From contig CAWHDR010000001.1 of assembly GCA_963828165.1 (NCBI GenBank), forward strand, positions 2,464,001 to 2,528,000: a stretch of DNA of 64,000 nucleotides, written 5' to 3'. The stretch is from an uncultured Chloroflexia bacterium. Lineage in GTDB: Bacteria > Chloroflexota > Limnocylindria > Limnocylindrales > CSP1-4. Below, piece after piece: positions 10,620-21,366 of this stretch (its first letter is position 1; each line of letters opens with the position of its first letter). Made by a program: the position numbers and the translations under genes. Under the pieces are notes generated by a model. That model had not been told where the DNA came from. It saw only the letters and a list, made by a program, of their open reading frames with translations, and made no database searches.

Positions 10620-10919
10620 GTGGACGAGCAGGATGAGCTTGACGGCCTGCTGTTTGAGTGGGACTCGCTGAAGGCGGCCCAGGTTCTCCGGGAGCATGGA
10701 ATTGACTTCCGGGATGCGATGACCGCATTCGCCGATCGTCTCTCCGCCACGATAGCTGACGACGAGCATTCGTTCGATGAAGAACGGTTTGTGACTATCG
10801 GCGAAATGGCGAACGGCAAATTGGTAGTTGTTGTACACACCCCAAGGGGTAGTAGGATAAGGCTCATAACCGCACGGAGGCCGACTGGGCCTGAGAAACA
10901 TGACTACGAACAAGGTTAG
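10620..10919 (+). CDS. brnT: BrnT family toxin
   Basis: FEWDSLKA....EHGIDF, EERFVTIG, VVHT.RG..IRLITARR. Confidence 0.9.
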   Translation: MDEQDELDGLLFEWDSLKAAQVLREHGIDFRDAMTAFADRLSATIADDEHSFDEERFVTIGEMANGKLVVVVHTPRGSRIRLITARRPTGPEKHDYEQG

Positions 10920-11082
10920 ACGGCAAGATCCTGATGTCTCGGTGGAGTACAACTTCTCCGGGGCGAAGAGGGGCGTCTACAGCAAACAAGCAAAGAAGAG
11001 CATGCGCTACGTGATCGTCAGCGATGCCGAAGATCGCGCACGCCAGGACAGCCAGAAGAAGGCTAGCAAGAAGACGGCCTAG
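10900..11082 (+). CDS. Short BrnA-like antitoxin
   Basis: EYNFSGAKRGVY motif; overlaps the brnT end; no obvious C-terminal RHH domain. Confidence 0.6.
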   Translation: MTTNKVRRQDPDVSVEYNFSGAKRGVYSKQAKKSMRYVIVSDAEDRARQDSQKKASKKTA

Positions 11083-11955
11083 GAAGGTCGCTCTTGCCAC
11101 CGACACGAGGCCCAGCCGAAGCTGGGTCTTCGTGATTTATTGCCACTTGACACTGGGGTCCACGCTGGACCCGTGAAGGCCGCCGCGAGGCGGCCGTGCA
11201 AGCAGCATCAAAACGACGGGCCACCGAGCGGCGGCCTTCACGGGTGCACTTCTCGCGGTCATCCCGGACCGCATCGTGAAACTGACCCCCTACCCTTTGG
11301 TGTGCGCCGCGTCGCCCATCCAGGCCGTCAAGGATCAGGTCGAGCCCGAACGCGAACTCGACGTCGTCGTCGCAGCGACCGAGGACGCCCTCGTGGCTGA
11401 CCGACATCGCCAGCTCGGTGACGCGGGGGTAGCGGGTCGCCATCGCCGGGCCGAGGAGCTCGGCCACGTCGGGGGAGGGGTCCGCCCGGCCGGAGTCGTC
11501 GAAGAGGTCCTGGTTGAAGCCGAAGATGCGGCTGTCGAGGACGTGCAGGGCGTGATGGGCCAGGTCGAGCGAGAAGCCGCCATCGCGGAGGATCGCCAGG
11601 ACGGACTCGATGTAGCCGATGACCGCGATGCCGCCGGTCCCTCGTTCCTCGAACACGCGCCGGGCCCAGGGGTGGCGCAGCATGACCGCCCGGGCCGCCA
11701 TCACCTGCTCGCGTAGCGCGGTCTTCCAGTCGCCGGCGGCGGCCGGCCGTTCGATCTCGGCGACGATCAGCTCGATGATCCCGTCGAACAGGTCGTCCTT
11801 GCTCCGGACGTGGCGGTAGAGCGCCATCGCGTCGACCCCGAGCTCCTGGCCGAGCTTGCGCATGCTCAGCGCCTCGAGGCCGTCGCGATCGGCGAGCTCG
11901 ATGGCGACGCGGAGGACGCGGTCGCGGTGAGCGGCGCGCGGCGTGGACGCGGCAC
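11063..11955 (-). CDS. TetR/AcrR regulator with TetR_C domain; indel near 11925; true stop possibly ~11290
   Basis: GGGAGG RBS then GTG MPRPRRAPLT, continuing RDRVLRVAIELADRDGLEALSMRKLGQELGVDAMALYRHV and FAFGLDLILDGL. Confidence 0.85.
11169..11245. repeat. Perfect 18-bp inverted repeat with 41-nt spacer at the island edge
   Basis: ACCCGTGAAGGCCGCCGC (11169-11186) and its exact reverse complement (11228-11245). Confidence 0.8.
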
Positions 11956-12025
11956 GGACAGCCTCCCATGTAGGCTGTTCCCACCGCCGCCTCCTATCCC
12001 CGCGGCGCCGCCACCAGGAGAAGTC

Positions 12026-12407
12026 ATGGCTCGCCAGATCGTCTTTGCGGCCAAGGCCGCGAAGCCTCCGGCCACCTACAGTCAGGCCGTCAAGGCGGCA
12101 GGGCTCGTGTTCGTCTCCGGCACGGCGCCAACGGATCCGGCCACGGGCCAGATCGCGGGCGACGACCATCCAGGAACAGACGCGCCAGTGTCTGGAGAAC
12201 ATCGCCGCGATCCTCGAGGAGGCCGGCAGCTCGCTGGACAAGATCGTCAGTGCCACGGTCGTGCTCGCGGACGAGGACGACTTCGGCGGCATGAACGAGG
12301 AGTGGCTGCGCTGGTTCCCGTCGGATCCGCCGGCGCGCCAGGGCGCGAAGCTTCCCGCGAGGATCCCAGGCCTCAAGGTGTCGATCGCGGCGATCGCGGA
12401 GGCGTGA
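12026..12407 (+). CDS. RidA/YjgF family protein; frameshift ~12160
   Basis: YSQAVKAAGLVFVSG joined to QTRQCLENI...MNEEW..WF...PPAR; AGGAG RBS. Confidence 0.88.
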
Positions 12408-12454
12408 CCCAAGGCCACAAGCCAGCCAGCGCCTCCGCAACGCTCGCCGCTTCC

Positions 12455-12991
12455 TCAGCCGGCCCGCCAGGGTCGGGGGTCCGACCGGAGAAGCGAGTAG
12501 ATCAGGAGGTCCTGGTTGCGACCGTCGTTGAAGAACGCGCCGCGAGCCGTGCCTTCGAGCGTGAAGCCGCATTTCTCCGCGATCCGCCGGGAGGCGGCGT
12601 TCTCGGGAGCAACGTCGAGCTGGATGCGGTGCTGCTTCTTGGAACCGAACAGGTAGTCAACGAGGAGCTGCACCGCCTCCGTGGTGTAGCCGCGGCCGGC
12701 GAATCGATCGTCGTAGAGCTGGTACGACAGCTCGAACGCGTCCCAGTAGTTGACCGCCTTGAAGAACTCGATGTGACCGGCGATCTCGCCCTCGCCCGAG
12801 ATCATCAGCAGCATCCCTTCCTCGCGCTGCCAGAAGCCGTGTTCGTTGAACTCGCGCTTGAACGCCGACTCGGACTGCACGCCGAGCGGGAAGTACGCCC
12901 CGCGGTTGCGGATGTCGACGTGGGCCGCATAGACGGCGTCCACGTCGGCCTCGCGGATCGGTCGGAGCGTGAGGCGCTCCCCATGGAGCAT
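12455..12991 (-). CDS. RimJ/RimL-type GNAT acetyltransferase
   Basis: GERLTLRP, GRGYTTEA, ENAASRRIAEKCGFTLEG. Confidence 0.9.
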   Translation of the reverse strand: MLHGERLTLRPIREADVDAVYAAHVDIRNRGAYFPLGVQSESAFKREFNEHGFWQREEGMLLMISGEGEIAGHIEFFKAVNYWDAFELSYQLYDDRFAGRGYTTEAVQLLVDYLFGSKKQHRIQLDVAPENAASRRIAEKCGFTLEGTARGAFFNDGRNQDLLIYSLLRSDPRPWRAG

Positions 12992-13227
12992 CGACGTGAC
13001 CTCCTGGATGCGGCACGACGGAAGGACGACGAGGATACCGTCGGCAGGGTCCCCGAGCCAGTGCCAAGGACCGCGGTAGACTGGTTGCGCACTGAACGAC
13101 ATCGGGCCCCGAGAGGACGCGAGGGCCCTCGTGCCGTCGGCGCGACCAGCGCAGCTCCTCCGCGAGGCCTTGCCGATGGCCGGGGCACCGACACCTCCAG
13201 GAACCGGGACGCCGCCACCCACCGACG

Positions 13228-14056
13228 GTGGTGCGCGCGCGGACCAGCCCGCGCTCCGACGCGCGCACCCGCCTGACCCGCCTCGCACCCGTCGGCCTCG
13301 GCGCCGCCCTGACCCTGGCCGCGGTCCTCCTGTTCAACCTCCTCACCCCGAAGGCGCCCGCCCTCACCCAGCGGAACGTCGACGACGCCATCGCCAGCGC
13401 CCTCGCCTCGCAGACGCCGCCGCCGGCCTTCTCGCAGGTCGTCTACCAGCGGGTCCAGCCGTCGCTCGTGCTCATCCAGACCCACGGCGACACCGACCCC
13501 GACACGACCGACGAGGACGACGACGGCCTCGGCAGCGGCGTCGTCGTCAGCCTGGCCGGCGACATCCTCACCAGCCTCCACGTCGTCGACGGCGCGACCG
13601 CGATCGAGCTCACGTTCGCCGACGGCTCGAAATCGCCCGGCGAGATCGTCGGGGAGCAGCCGGAGAACGACATCGCCGTGCTCCGCGCCCTGCGAGCCGC
13701 CGGCGACCATGGTCCCCGCCACGCTCGGCAACCCGGGCGCCGTCACGCAAGGGAGCGAGGCCTACGCCCTCGGCTCGCCGTTCGGGCTGCACGGCTCGGT
13801 CTCGGCGGGCGTCATCTCCGGGCTCGATCGCTCGTTCACGATGCCGGGCTCCGGGCAGACGCTGACCGGCCTCTTCCAGATCGATGCCGCGGTCAACCCG
13901 GGCAACAGCGGCGGCGCCCTCGTCGATCGCGACGGGCGGCTCATCGGCATCGTCACCGCCCTCGTCAATCCCACCGAGGACGACGTATTCATCGGGATCG
14001 GCCTGGCCGTCCCCATCGATGTCGCCGGCGGTGCCGCCGGCCTGCTGCCGTACTAG
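13228..14056 (+). CDS. Membrane-anchored trypsin-like (S1C) serine protease without PDZ; frameshift ~13690; start uncertain
   Basis: TM segment, GSGVV, TSLHVV (His), NDIAVL (Asp), DAAVNPGNSGG (Ser). Confidence 0.88.
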
Positions 14057-14076
14057 CCGCACAAGGGAGAGCGAGC

Positions 14077-15088
14077 GTGGATCAGCACGACGGTCAGGAT
14101 CGAGCCGCCCCCATGGAGCGGCTGCTGTACGAGGTCAAGAAGGTCATCGTCGGCCAGGACCACCTCCTGGAACGGCTCGTCATCGCGCTGCTGTGCCGCG
14201 GCCACATCCTCGTCGAGGGCGTGCCGGGCCTCGCCAAGACGATGGCCATCAAGACCGTGGCGGACACGATCGGTGGCGAGTTCAAGCGGATCCAGTTCAC
14301 GCCCGACCTCGTCCCGGCCGATCTCGTCGGCACGCGCATCTACAACCAGAAGACCGGCGAGTTCGGGACGTCGCTGGGCCCGGTGTTCACGAACCTGCTG
14401 CTCGCCGACGAGATCAACCGGGCGCCGGCCAAGGTCCAGAGCGCGCTCCTCGAGGTGATGCAGGAGCGGCAGGTCACGATCGGCCGCGAGACGCACAAGG
14501 TCCCCGATCCCTTCCTCGTGCTCGCGACCCAGAACCCGATCGAGACCGAAGGGACCTACGCGCTCCCGGAGGCGCAGATCGACCGATTCATGATGAAGGT
14601 CGTCGTGGGCTACCCGAGCGAGACCGAGGAGTTCGTGATCGTCGACCGGATGACCGGCGTCGTCCCGAGCGCCCACCAGGTGCTGACCACCGAGGCGCTC
14701 CAGGAGATGCAGCGGGCGGCCGACGACGTCTTCGTGGACCCGGCCCTCAAGTCGTACGCGGTCCAGCTCGTGGCGGCGACGCGGACGCCCGGCAAGCACG
14801 ACCTGGCCGACCTGCAGCGCTTCATCACGTTCGGGGCGAGCCCGCGGGCATCGATCAACCTGATCCTGACGGCTCGGGCGCTCGCGTTCGTGCGCGGGCG
14901 GGACTACGCGCTGCCGGAGGACGTGCTCGACATGGCGTTGGACGTGCTGCGCCATCGGCTGGTGCTGTCGTTCGAGGCCCTCTCGGAGGACGTCTCGAGC
15001 GACCGCATCCTGCAACACGATCATCGATCGGGTGCCCGTCCCGGTCGTCCCGTTGCGATCCGATGACCGCGTCCGCGTCGGCGCCTGA
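14077..15088 (+). CDS. moxR: MoxR family AAA+ ATPase; probable indel ~15015 (stop 15066 as sequenced)
   Basis: EGVPGLAKT, RIQFTPDLVPAD, LADEINRAPAKVQSALLE, ATQNPIE, GASPRA. Confidence 0.93.
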
Positions 15089-15963
15089 GCGCGTCCTCCA
15101 GCGACTCGACTGGACGGTCGTCCGCCGGCTGGACGGCCTGCTCCAGGGCGACTACCGGAGCCTGTTCCGGGGCAACGGCGTCGATTTCGCCGACCTGCGC
15201 GAGTACGAGTACGGCGACGACATCCGCCACATCGACTGGAACGTCACGGCGCGGATGGACACGCCGTACGTCCGCGAGTTCCTCGAGGATCGCGAGATCA
15301 CGGCCTGGTTCCTGCTGGACCTGAGCCCGTCGGTGGACTTCGGGTCCGGGGAGGCGGAGCGGCTGAAGCGGAGCGTGCTGGTGGACGCCGTCACGACGCT
15401 GGCCCGGGTGCTGACGCGGCACGGGAACAAGGTGGGCGCGGTCTTCTACGGGTCGCAGGTCGAGCGGACGATCCCGGCGCGGGGTGGGCGGGTCCAGGTG
15501 CTGCGGCTCATCAACGACCTGCAGGCGCATCCGCGGCACGCGTCCGCGCCGTTCACGGATCTGGGGGTCTTGCTCGACGCCGGCCGGCGCTGGATCAAGG
15601 GTCGATCGCTGGTGTTCGTGATCTCGGACTTCATCAGCGCCCCGGGCTGGGAGCGGGCGCTCCAGGGGCTGACGCGGAAGCACGAGGTCATCGCGATCCG
15701 GCTGTACGACCGGCGGGAGCGCGAGCTGCCCGACGTCGGGCCGATGCTCATGGACGACGCCGAGACCGGCGAGCAGCTCTACATCGACACGCACGACCCG
15801 AAGTTCCGGCGGCGGTTCGAGGCGGCCCGCGACGCGCGCGAGGCGGAGCTTGCGGCCGCGTTCCGGCGCGCCGGGGTGGATGCGTTCGCGCTCGCGACCG
15901 ATGACGACCTGGTCGGGCGCCATCGTCCGGATGGCCGCGCGCCGTCGGCGGTCGAAGCGGTAG
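15063..15963 (+). CDS. DUF58 domain protein; indel ~15915
   Basis: GVDFADLREYEYGDDIRHIDWNVTAR, DLSPS, ISDF, DAETGE. Confidence 0.92.
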
Positions 15964-15966
15964 CCC

Positions 15967-16984
15967 GTGTCGTTCATCTGGCCACCGCTCCTGCTGCTCC
16001 TCCTCGCGGTCCCGGTCGGCGTGCTGCTGTACACGTCGCGGGAGCGGCGGCGGGCGGAGCGGGTGGCGCGGTTCGGCTGGGGCGGGGCAGGGGAGGCGTC
16101 GGCGTCCGCCCCGCGACCCCGACCGTGGACCCGCCGCATCCCGGCGGCCCTCACCGTCGCTCGGCATCACGATCCTGGTCTTCTCGCTCGCCAGGCCGCA
16201 GAGCGTCATCGGCGTGCCGCGTCTCGAAGGGACGGTCATCCTCGCGTTCGACGTCTCGGGCAGCATGGCGGCCACGGACGTCGCCCCGACCCGGATGGAG
16301 GCCGCCAAGACAGCGGCGCTCGCGTTCATCGAGGGTCAGCCGAGCTCGGTCCGCATCGGGACGGTGGTCTTCAGCGACACGGGCTTCTCGACGCAGACCC
16401 CGACCGCGGACCGCGCCGAGCTCGTGGCCGCGATCGAGCGCCTCGGCCCGGAGCGCGGCACGTCCCTGGGCCGCGGCATCCTGGCGGCCCTCCAGGTCAT
16501 CGAGAAGGACCTCGATCCGTCGAAGACCGACTACTACCAGAACGCCTCCGCCCCGCCGCGGCCGGAACCGACCCCGGTCCCGGCCGGCGTCTACGAGCCG
16601 GCGGTGATCGTGCTGCTGACCGATGGCGAGAACACCGCCGAGCCGGGCCCGAGCGAGGCCGCGCAGGCCGCCAGGGACCGCGGCATCCGCATCCACACGG
16701 TCGGGATCGGCAGTGCGGCCGGGACCACGCTCGAGGTCGAGGGCTTCCTGGTCCACACCCAGCTCGACGAGGCGGCGCTCCAGGACATCGCGACCCTCAC
16801 CGACGGGACGTACCACGCGGCCGCTGACGGGGAGGACCTCGCGTCGATGTACGACGACATCGGCAGCCGGCTCGTGGTCCGCACCGAGCCGTTCGAGCTG
16901 ACGTCGCTCCTCGCGGCGCTCGGGTTCGCGCTGCTCCTGGTCGGTGGCGTCGCGTCGCTGCGCTGGTTCGGGCGGATGCCATGA
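15967..16984 (+). CDS. BatA-like membrane VWA protein; frameshift ~16160
   Basis: N-terminal TM, MIDAS DVSGSM, LLTDGEN, C-terminal TM. Confidence 0.9.
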
Positions 16985-18069
16985 CCTTCCTGTGGCCGAC
17001 CCTGCTCGTGCTCCTGGCCGTGCTGCCGATCCTCGTCGGCATCCGCATCTGGGGTCTCCGTCGTCGACGAAGCGGCGTGCGGTTCTCGAGCCTGTCGCTC
17101 GTCCGCGTCGCCGCCCCGGGGTCGTCCCGGATCCGCCGCCACCTGCCGTTCGCGCTGTTCGTGCTCGGGCTCGGGAGCCTCGTGTTCGCGATGGCCCGGC
17201 CGGCGGCGATCGTCCCGGTGGCGTCCAGCCGGACGACCGTGGTCCTCGCGATGGACGTGTCGCGGAGCATGTGCGCGACCGACATCCCGCCGAACCGGCT
17301 CGTCGCCGCGGAGGAGGCCGCGTCGTCCTTCGTCGAGAACCAGGACAGCGGCACGCAGATCGGGATCGTCGCCTTCGCCGGCTTCGCCGAGATCGTCCAG
17401 GTGCCGACGAACGACGAGGAGGTGCTGCTCGACGTCATCGCCTCGCTCGCGACGGGGCGGCGCACGGCGGTCGGCAGCGCGATCCTCGAGGCGATCGATG
17501 CCATCGCCGAGATCGACCCATCGATCGCGGCCAGCATCGACGCGTTCGACCCGGGCGCGAGTGCGCCCCCGAGCGTGCCGGAAGGGGCGTACGCGCCGGC
17601 GATCATCGTCCTGCTCACCGACGGCGCCAGCAATGCCGGTCCGGAGCCGGTCGAAGCGGCGCAGCAGGCGGCCGCTCGCGGCATCCGGGTCTTCACGATC
17701 GGGTTCGGGACGGAGGATCCGGGCGGCCGGCCGCCACGCTGCGGGGCGCAGTTCATCGGCAACGAGCCCGGTGACGACGGCTCGCAAGGGTTCGATCCTG
17801 GGTTCGGCGGTGGCGGCTTCGGTGGTGGGGGCGGCGGGCTCCGCCGGGCGATCGACGAGGAGACGTTGACGGCCGTGGCCGAGGCCACGGGTGGCGAGTA
17901 CTACCTGGCCGAGAACGCCCAGCAACTCAACGAGGTCTTCGCCGACCTCCCGACGGACCTGATCGTGGCCCACGAGGTCGTCGAGATCAGCGTCGCCTTC
18001 ACGGCCGTCGCGGTGGTGCTGATCGGCCTGGCGATCCTGCTCGGGCAGGCCTGGCGGCCGTTGCCGTAG
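16981..18069 (+). CDS. BatA-like membrane VWA protein (paralog)
   Basis: AMARP, DVSRSM, LLTDGASN, IDEETL..VA..TGGEYY; ATGA overlap with the previous gene. Confidence 0.92.
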   Translation: MTFLWPTLLVLLAVLPILVGIRIWGLRRRRSGVRFSSLSLVRVAAPGSSRIRRHLPFALFVLGLGSLVFAMARPAAIVPVASSRTTVVLAMDVSRSMCATDIPPNRLVAAEEAASSFVENQDSGTQIGIVAFAGFAEIVQVPTNDEEVLLDVIASLATGRRTAVGSAILEAIDAIAEIDPSIAASIDAFDPGASAPPSVPEGAYAPAIIVLLTDGASNAGPEPVEAAQQAAARGIRVFTIGFGTEDPGGRPPRCGAQFIGNEPGDDGSQGFDPGFGGGGFGGGGGGLRRAIDEETLTAVAEATGGEYYLAENAQQLNEVFADLPTDLIVAHEVVEISVAFTAVAVVLIGLAILLGQAWRPLP

Positions 18070-18120
18070 GCAGGATATGACTGGACGCCAGCGATAGGTA
18101 TCTGTATCCTCGTCCCTATC

Positions 18121-18378
18121 ATGGCAAGCAAAGTAGGCGAGCGCGGACAGATCACCATCGAGAAGGGCATTCGCGAGGAACTGTCGATCTACGCCGGCGA
18201 CGAGACCATCCAGCGCGTGGAAAACGGGCGGATCGTCATCGACGTCGTCCCTGGTCGGCATCGCCGGTCGCTCGCAGGATCGCTGCGCAACAAGGTGGGC
18301 CGGATGCCCACGGATGAATCGTGGGACGCGCTGCGCGACGCGGCCTGGCGGACGCCCGACCCTGATCGGACGCCTTGA
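18121..18378 (+). CDS. AbrB/MazE/SpoVT family antitoxin (VapB-like)
   Basis: SKVGERGQITIEKGIREEL. Upstream TGGACG-N17-TATCCT with GATAGG/CCTATC inverted repeat. Confidence 0.85.
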   Translation: MASKVGERGQITIEKGIREELSIYAGDETIQRVENGRIVIDVVPGRHRRSLAGSLRNKVGRMPTDESWDALRDAAWRTPDPDRTP

Positions 18379-18773
18379 TCGGGCTCGATACCTCTGTCGT
18401 CGTTCGCTACCTCGTCGGCACGCCCGCGGCGCAGGCGAGACGTGCGGCTCGCTTGATCGACGATGACGCGAATGACTGCGGCGTCTCCGTCGTGGCTCTT
18501 GCCGAGTGCGCCCATGTGCTCCGAACCCAGTACGAGGTCGGGCAGCGCGACATCATCGACGCGCTCATCGGGTTCATCCAGCGCGCGAACGTCCGCGTCA
18601 TCGACCTCCGGACCGATCTCCTGGTCGAGGCGCTCGTGCGCGCCCGAGACCTCCCAGGTCGACCGATACCGGATGCCATGATCGTAGCCGCGAGCCTCGC
18701 CGCCGATGCGGTGCCGCTCGCCACGTTCGACCGCGGCCAGCGCCGCTACGGGATCACGATCCGCGAGCCCTGA
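18375..18773 (+). CDS. PIN domain toxin (VapC family)
   Basis: IGLDTSVVVRYL, LAEC, DAMI, TFDR; overlaps the antitoxin stop. Confidence 0.88.
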   Translation: MIGLDTSVVVRYLVGTPAAQARRAARLIDDDANDCGVSVVALAECAHVLRTQYEVGQRDIIDALIGFIQRANVRVIDLRTDLLVEALVRARDLPGRPIPDAMIVAASLAADAVPLATFDRGQRRYGITIREP

Positions 18774-18857
18774 CAAGGAACGCGATGCGTCGGATCCTGA
18801 CACACGGTGTCATGAACCGGACGCGACAATGGCCGCCAACGCAACGCATAGGGAGGC

Positions 18858-19583
18858 ATGCAACGCATGGCGAGTGCACCGATCATCCTGGTCCCGGGGT
18901 TCTGGCTCGGAGCGTGGGCGTGGGACGAAGTCGCCCAGAGGCTTCGAGCCGACGGTCACGATGTCACGGCGCTGACGCTGCCGGGCCTCGAGTCGAAGGA
19001 CGCGGACCGGTCCTCGATCACGTTCGGAGACCACGTGGACGCGATCAAGCAGGCACTTGAGGATGCCGGGCGCCCGGCCGTCCTCACCGTCCACAGCGCG
19101 TCCGGGTTCAGCGGCTATGCCGCGAGCGACCAGGTGCCGGAGCGGATCGCGGCGATGGTCTACGTCGATACGGCGCCCGGGAAGCCGCCGCTCGACCCGC
19201 AATTCACCGACGCCGAGAAGCCGCTCGACTGGGCTTCGGTCGAGGAGGAGGAGAACCTCACCGGCTTGAGCGACGAGCAGAAGGCGACGTTCCGCGAGCG
19301 GGCCGTGCCGGTCCCCGGTGCCATGCTCCGGGAGAGCTACACGTTCACGAACGATGCCCGCCGGGATATCCCCTCGACCATCATCGCCACCGGCTACTCG
19401 GCCGCGGACTACCAGAAATACGCGAAGGAGCACCCCGACTGGGCGTTCCTCGCCGGCATCCCGGAGCTGCGAAACGTCAGCTGGGTCGACCTGCCGACCA
19501 GCCACTGGCCGATGTGGTCGAAACCGAACGAGCTCGCGAAGATCATCGGCGACGTCGCGACGGCCGCCGGCGACGCCCGGTGA
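18858..19583 (+). CDS. Alpha/beta fold hydrolase
   Basis: LVPGFWLGAWAWD, VHSASG nucleophile elbow, SHWPMWSKP. Confidence 0.88.
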   Translation: MQRMASAPIILVPGFWLGAWAWDEVAQRLRADGHDVTALTLPGLESKDADRSSITFGDHVDAIKQALEDAGRPAVLTVHSASGFSGYAASDQVPERIAAMVYVDTAPGKPPLDPQFTDAEKPLDWASVEEEENLTGLSDEQKATFRERAVPVPGAMLRESYTFTNDARRDIPSTIIATGYSAADYQKYAKEHPDWAFLAGIPELRNVSWVDLPTSHWPMWSKPNELAKIIGDVATAAGDAR

Positions 19584-20089
19584 CGGGCAGCCTGCTCGAG
19601 GACGCCATGGCCCATCACATCTGGGCGACCGAACAGCTCATCGATGCGTGCGCCGTCCTGACGCCAGAGCAGCTCCGCACGCCGGCGCCGGGGACGTACG
19701 GCTCCATCCTTGCCACCCTCGGCCACCTCGTTTCTTCCGACCGCTGGTATCTGTCGTTCCTGCGCGAGGGAGTCACGCAATTCGACGACGAGCGGGACGT
19801 CAGCCTCGACGAGCTACGGGCCGCGATCACGGGCAACGGGACGGCCTGGATGGAGCTCCTCGCGGAGGGCCTCGACCCGGACACCGACATCCCGGAGGTG
19901 GACAACGGCACGCTGATCCACTCACCGATGGGCGTCCGCCTCGCGCAGGTGGTCCACCACGGCACCGATCACCGCAGCCAGGTCTGCACGGCCATGACCA
20001 GCCTCGGCGTCACACCCCCCGACATCGATGTCTGGGCCTACGCCCGCGCGACCGGTCGCGAAACGTCCGAGCCGGCGCCGCAGTCGTAG
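19580..20089 (+). CDS. DinB family protein
   Basis: HHIWAT, GSILATLGHL, HHGTDHRSQV; GTGA overlap. Confidence 0.88.
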   Translation: MTGSLLEDAMAHHIWATEQLIDACAVLTPEQLRTPAPGTYGSILATLGHLVSSDRWYLSFLREGVTQFDDERDVSLDELRAAITGNGTAWMELLAEGLDPDTDIPEVDNGTLIHSPMGVRLAQVVHHGTDHRSQVCTAMTSLGVTPPDIDVWAYARATGRETSEPAPQS

Positions 20090-20096
20090 TTAGGCT

Positions 20097-21194
20097 TCAG
20101 GGCGCCTCGCGCCAGCGAAAGGACAGGGCCGTGTCGCGGAAGGCCGGCAGCAGCTCGTCCCGCATGTCCGCCGTGGCGATCGCCTCCATGTGCACGTATC
20201 GATCCCCGTCTGGGCCGGGCACGATGACCTCGTAGACGAACAGCTCTCGGTCCGCGGCCTCGAGGGCGTCCAGCGCCGACGCCACGATCTGGAACCCCTC
20301 CAGGTCGTCGATCAACACGCCCGCCTCGAGTTGCACCTTGGGATCGAACAGCTGCTGGCCGTTGCGGTCGAGCTGTTCGCGCAGGAATGCCGCGGCATCT
20401 TCCGGTGGTGGCTCCGGACGGACGTACACGTTCATCGTCGGGATGGCTGCGTCGAGGGGATGGTGCTTGCGGCCGAGCGTGTTGTACGTCGCGCCCAGCC
20501 CCAGCATGCCCGCGAGGCGCAGCGGGGGCGCCGGCGTGACATCGAAGGCGATGGCCAGGCCCGGTTCGATCGCTCGCGCCGGGTCCAGCCGGACGGTTTC
20601 GAGCGCCGCGAGGATCGACGCGTGTGCGTCATCGTCGTCCGGTGCGTGCTGGGCGACGATGAGCGTGGACATCTCGTTCGACCCCACGCTCAGCAGGACG
20701 GTGGCGACCTTCGTCTTGTCCGCAAGGGTCTGCACGCCCTGGACCAGGATCCGGAATCGCCCATCCAGGATCGATTGCGCGCGGTCCTCGACGACAAAGC
20801 CCTGCTGGGCGTACGCGGCGTCCGTCCGGTCGAACGGCCCGCCGGGTAGCTCCTGGATGCTGATGACGGCGTCGCTCGCCGGATCGCGGAACCCGGCTCC
20901 TTCCGTGGCGCTCGGCTCGAAACCGGCCGGCGGAACGATCGAGACGTGTGTACCGGGCACCCAGACCGCCCCCGGTACCGGGCTGGCGCCGGCGATCGCC
21001 GACGGAGCGGCCGAGACGGAGATCGATGGCGACGCGGTCGGGGAGGGGATTGCCGGCGACCGGCTGGGCACGAGTGACGGAGGCTGGGTCACATCGACCG
21101 GCGCGGGCGAAGACGCGGCGGGTGGCGATGCGCTGCAGGCACCGAAGATCACCGTTGCGAGAAGGCTGGCCAGGAGCTGCATCGCCGGGCGCAT
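20097..21194 (-). CDS. Hypothetical lipoprotein with Ser/Pro linker and possibly two PsbP-like domains
   Basis: Lipobox FGAC, SP-rich linker; TACCCT-N6-ATG upstream. Confidence 0.65.
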   Translation of the reverse strand: MRPAMQLLASLLATVIFGACSASPPAASSPAPVDVTQPPSLVPSRSPAIPSPTASPSISVSAAPSAIAGASPVPGAVWVPGTHVSIVPPAGFEPSATEGAGFRDPASDAVISIQELPGGPFDRTDAAYAQQGFVVEDRAQSILDGRFRILVQGVQTLADKTKVATVLLSVGSNEMSTLIVAQHAPDDDDAHASILAALETVRLDPARAIEPGLAIAFDVTPAPPLRLAGMLGLGATYNTLGRKHHPLDAAIPTMNVYVRPEPPPEDAAAFLREQLDRNGQQLFDPKVQLEAGVLIDDLEGFQIVASALDALEAADRELFVYEVIVPGPDGDRYVHMEAIATADMRDELLPAFRDTALSFRWREAP

Positions 21195-21289
21195 CCACCG
21201 AGGGTACCGTGGCGGGGAGGGGAAGCCTCAGGCCAAGGTGCCGCAACGGGCGACGTTCGCGCTCCCGGCTCCCAACCGTGGCTACGTAG

Positions 21290-21320
21290 CGAAGCCCGGC
21301 GTCACCGACGCCGGGCTTCG
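21290..21320. terminator. 14-bp perfect hairpin downstream of the sigma/anti-sigma pair
   Basis: CGAAGCCCGGCGTC-acc-GACGCCGGGCTTCG, with an outer TCCCAACC/GGTTGGGA pair. Confidence 0.65.
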
Positions 21321-21366
21321 TGTCGGGTTGGGATGGGCGCCCCGCTACGCCACGATCAGCGGAACC

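Larger units (their letters stand above)
139..11245. other. Defence island (left boundary may lie outside the window)
   Basis: Contains only defence/RM/TA genes; visibly more A/T at third codon positions than downstream genes; no integrase seen. Confidence 0.7.

Noticed and set aside
13228-15066. 612-aa protease-MoxR fusion in the ORF track
   Set aside because: Produced by an indel near 13690; the protease has its own stop at 14056 and moxR its own start.
18813-18840. Shared ECF promoter motif TGAACC-N14/15-CCGCCA here and upstream of the sigma at ~22800-22823
   Set aside because: Only two instances with unequal spacing in GC-rich DNA; not distinguishable from chance without a genome-wide scan.
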